From positions 284,991,187-285,055,186 of the forward strand of contig NC_058132.1 in the NCBI RefSeq assembly GCF_016433145.1: 64,000 nucleotides of DNA, given 5' to 3'. Numbering within the stretch: position 1 is the first letter of the stretch; each line of letters begins with the position of its first letter. A model generated the notes under the pieces. The model searched no databases. It worked only from the letters and a program-made list of their open reading frames with translations, and was not told the origin of the DNA. The position numbers were made by a program, and so were the translations under genes. The DNA is from Gracilinanus agilis (lineage: Eukaryota). Below, piece by piece: positions 63,531 through 64,000 of the stretch.

Positions 63531-64000
63531 CTAATATTTTTGTTTTAATTTCTCCCCATTTGTTGAAACTGTCCATACCAAATAGATATGCCTTTCCTAT
63601 TTTGACTACTACTCAGATAAACAATTCATTTCTGAATAAACAACTCTATTTATCTTCACACATGGAGGTGAAAACCTGGCTTTCAATAAAACTTACATGT
63701 TCTCTATTTTCTTTTGGGAGATTTTACAATATTAGTTCTAGTTTTCAGGCTTATTACAAATGAGATATAAGGCGGATAATGACTTACATGGAGTGTCATA
63801 CTTATACTAAGCTGACCTTTTCAGTATTCTGCACTGTGGAAATCTGACAAGTCCACTTTGTCCCAGCCGGTCACAGAATCTGAAGATCAGAATGTGGTGT
63901 GAAGAATTCACTAAATATCAGGAGAAGGAAAATGGCCTTTGGCCATCCATAATTTTGTTTCTCTACCTGGCCACTCCTTTAATTCTCTATATTTTGTTAC

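Noticed and set aside
1-64000. CRISPR arrays, operons, rRNA/tRNA genes, known miRNA hairpins, endogenous non-retroviral viral genes
   Set aside because: None seen. The DNA is mammalian, there are no regularly spaced direct repeats, and no mature miRNA or viral protein motif that I recognise. A database search (Rfam, miRBase, tBLASTn to viral proteins) would be needed to exclude faint ones.

Overview
AT-rich, CpG-depleted marsupial genomic DNA. The young tRNA-derived SINEs at 14446 and 27812 look like the Monodelphis/didelphid SINE1 type, and MIR, Mar1-type, L2, CR1/L3, L1 and hAT relics are abundant. I found no protein-coding gene I can recognise; the supplied ORFs are L1 remnants, antisense-of-L1 frames, low-complexity frames or N-spanning artefacts. 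The window reads as a large intron or gene desert. It holds a ~12 kb L1 pile-up (15.05-27.4 kb) containing a near-full-length decayed L1 with two nested insertions (a second L1 3' end and a probable solo LTR), several DNA-transposon MITEs, an RTE-derived fragment abutting an L1, six short N gaps, and several repeat-free, CpG-retaining blocks that may be conserved regulatory elements or non-coding exons. I see no convincing novel multi-gene system; the findings are transposon-architecture observations and candidate regulatory or exon signals. Boundaries of old repeats are approximate (tens of bp) and family names come from recall, not a database search.
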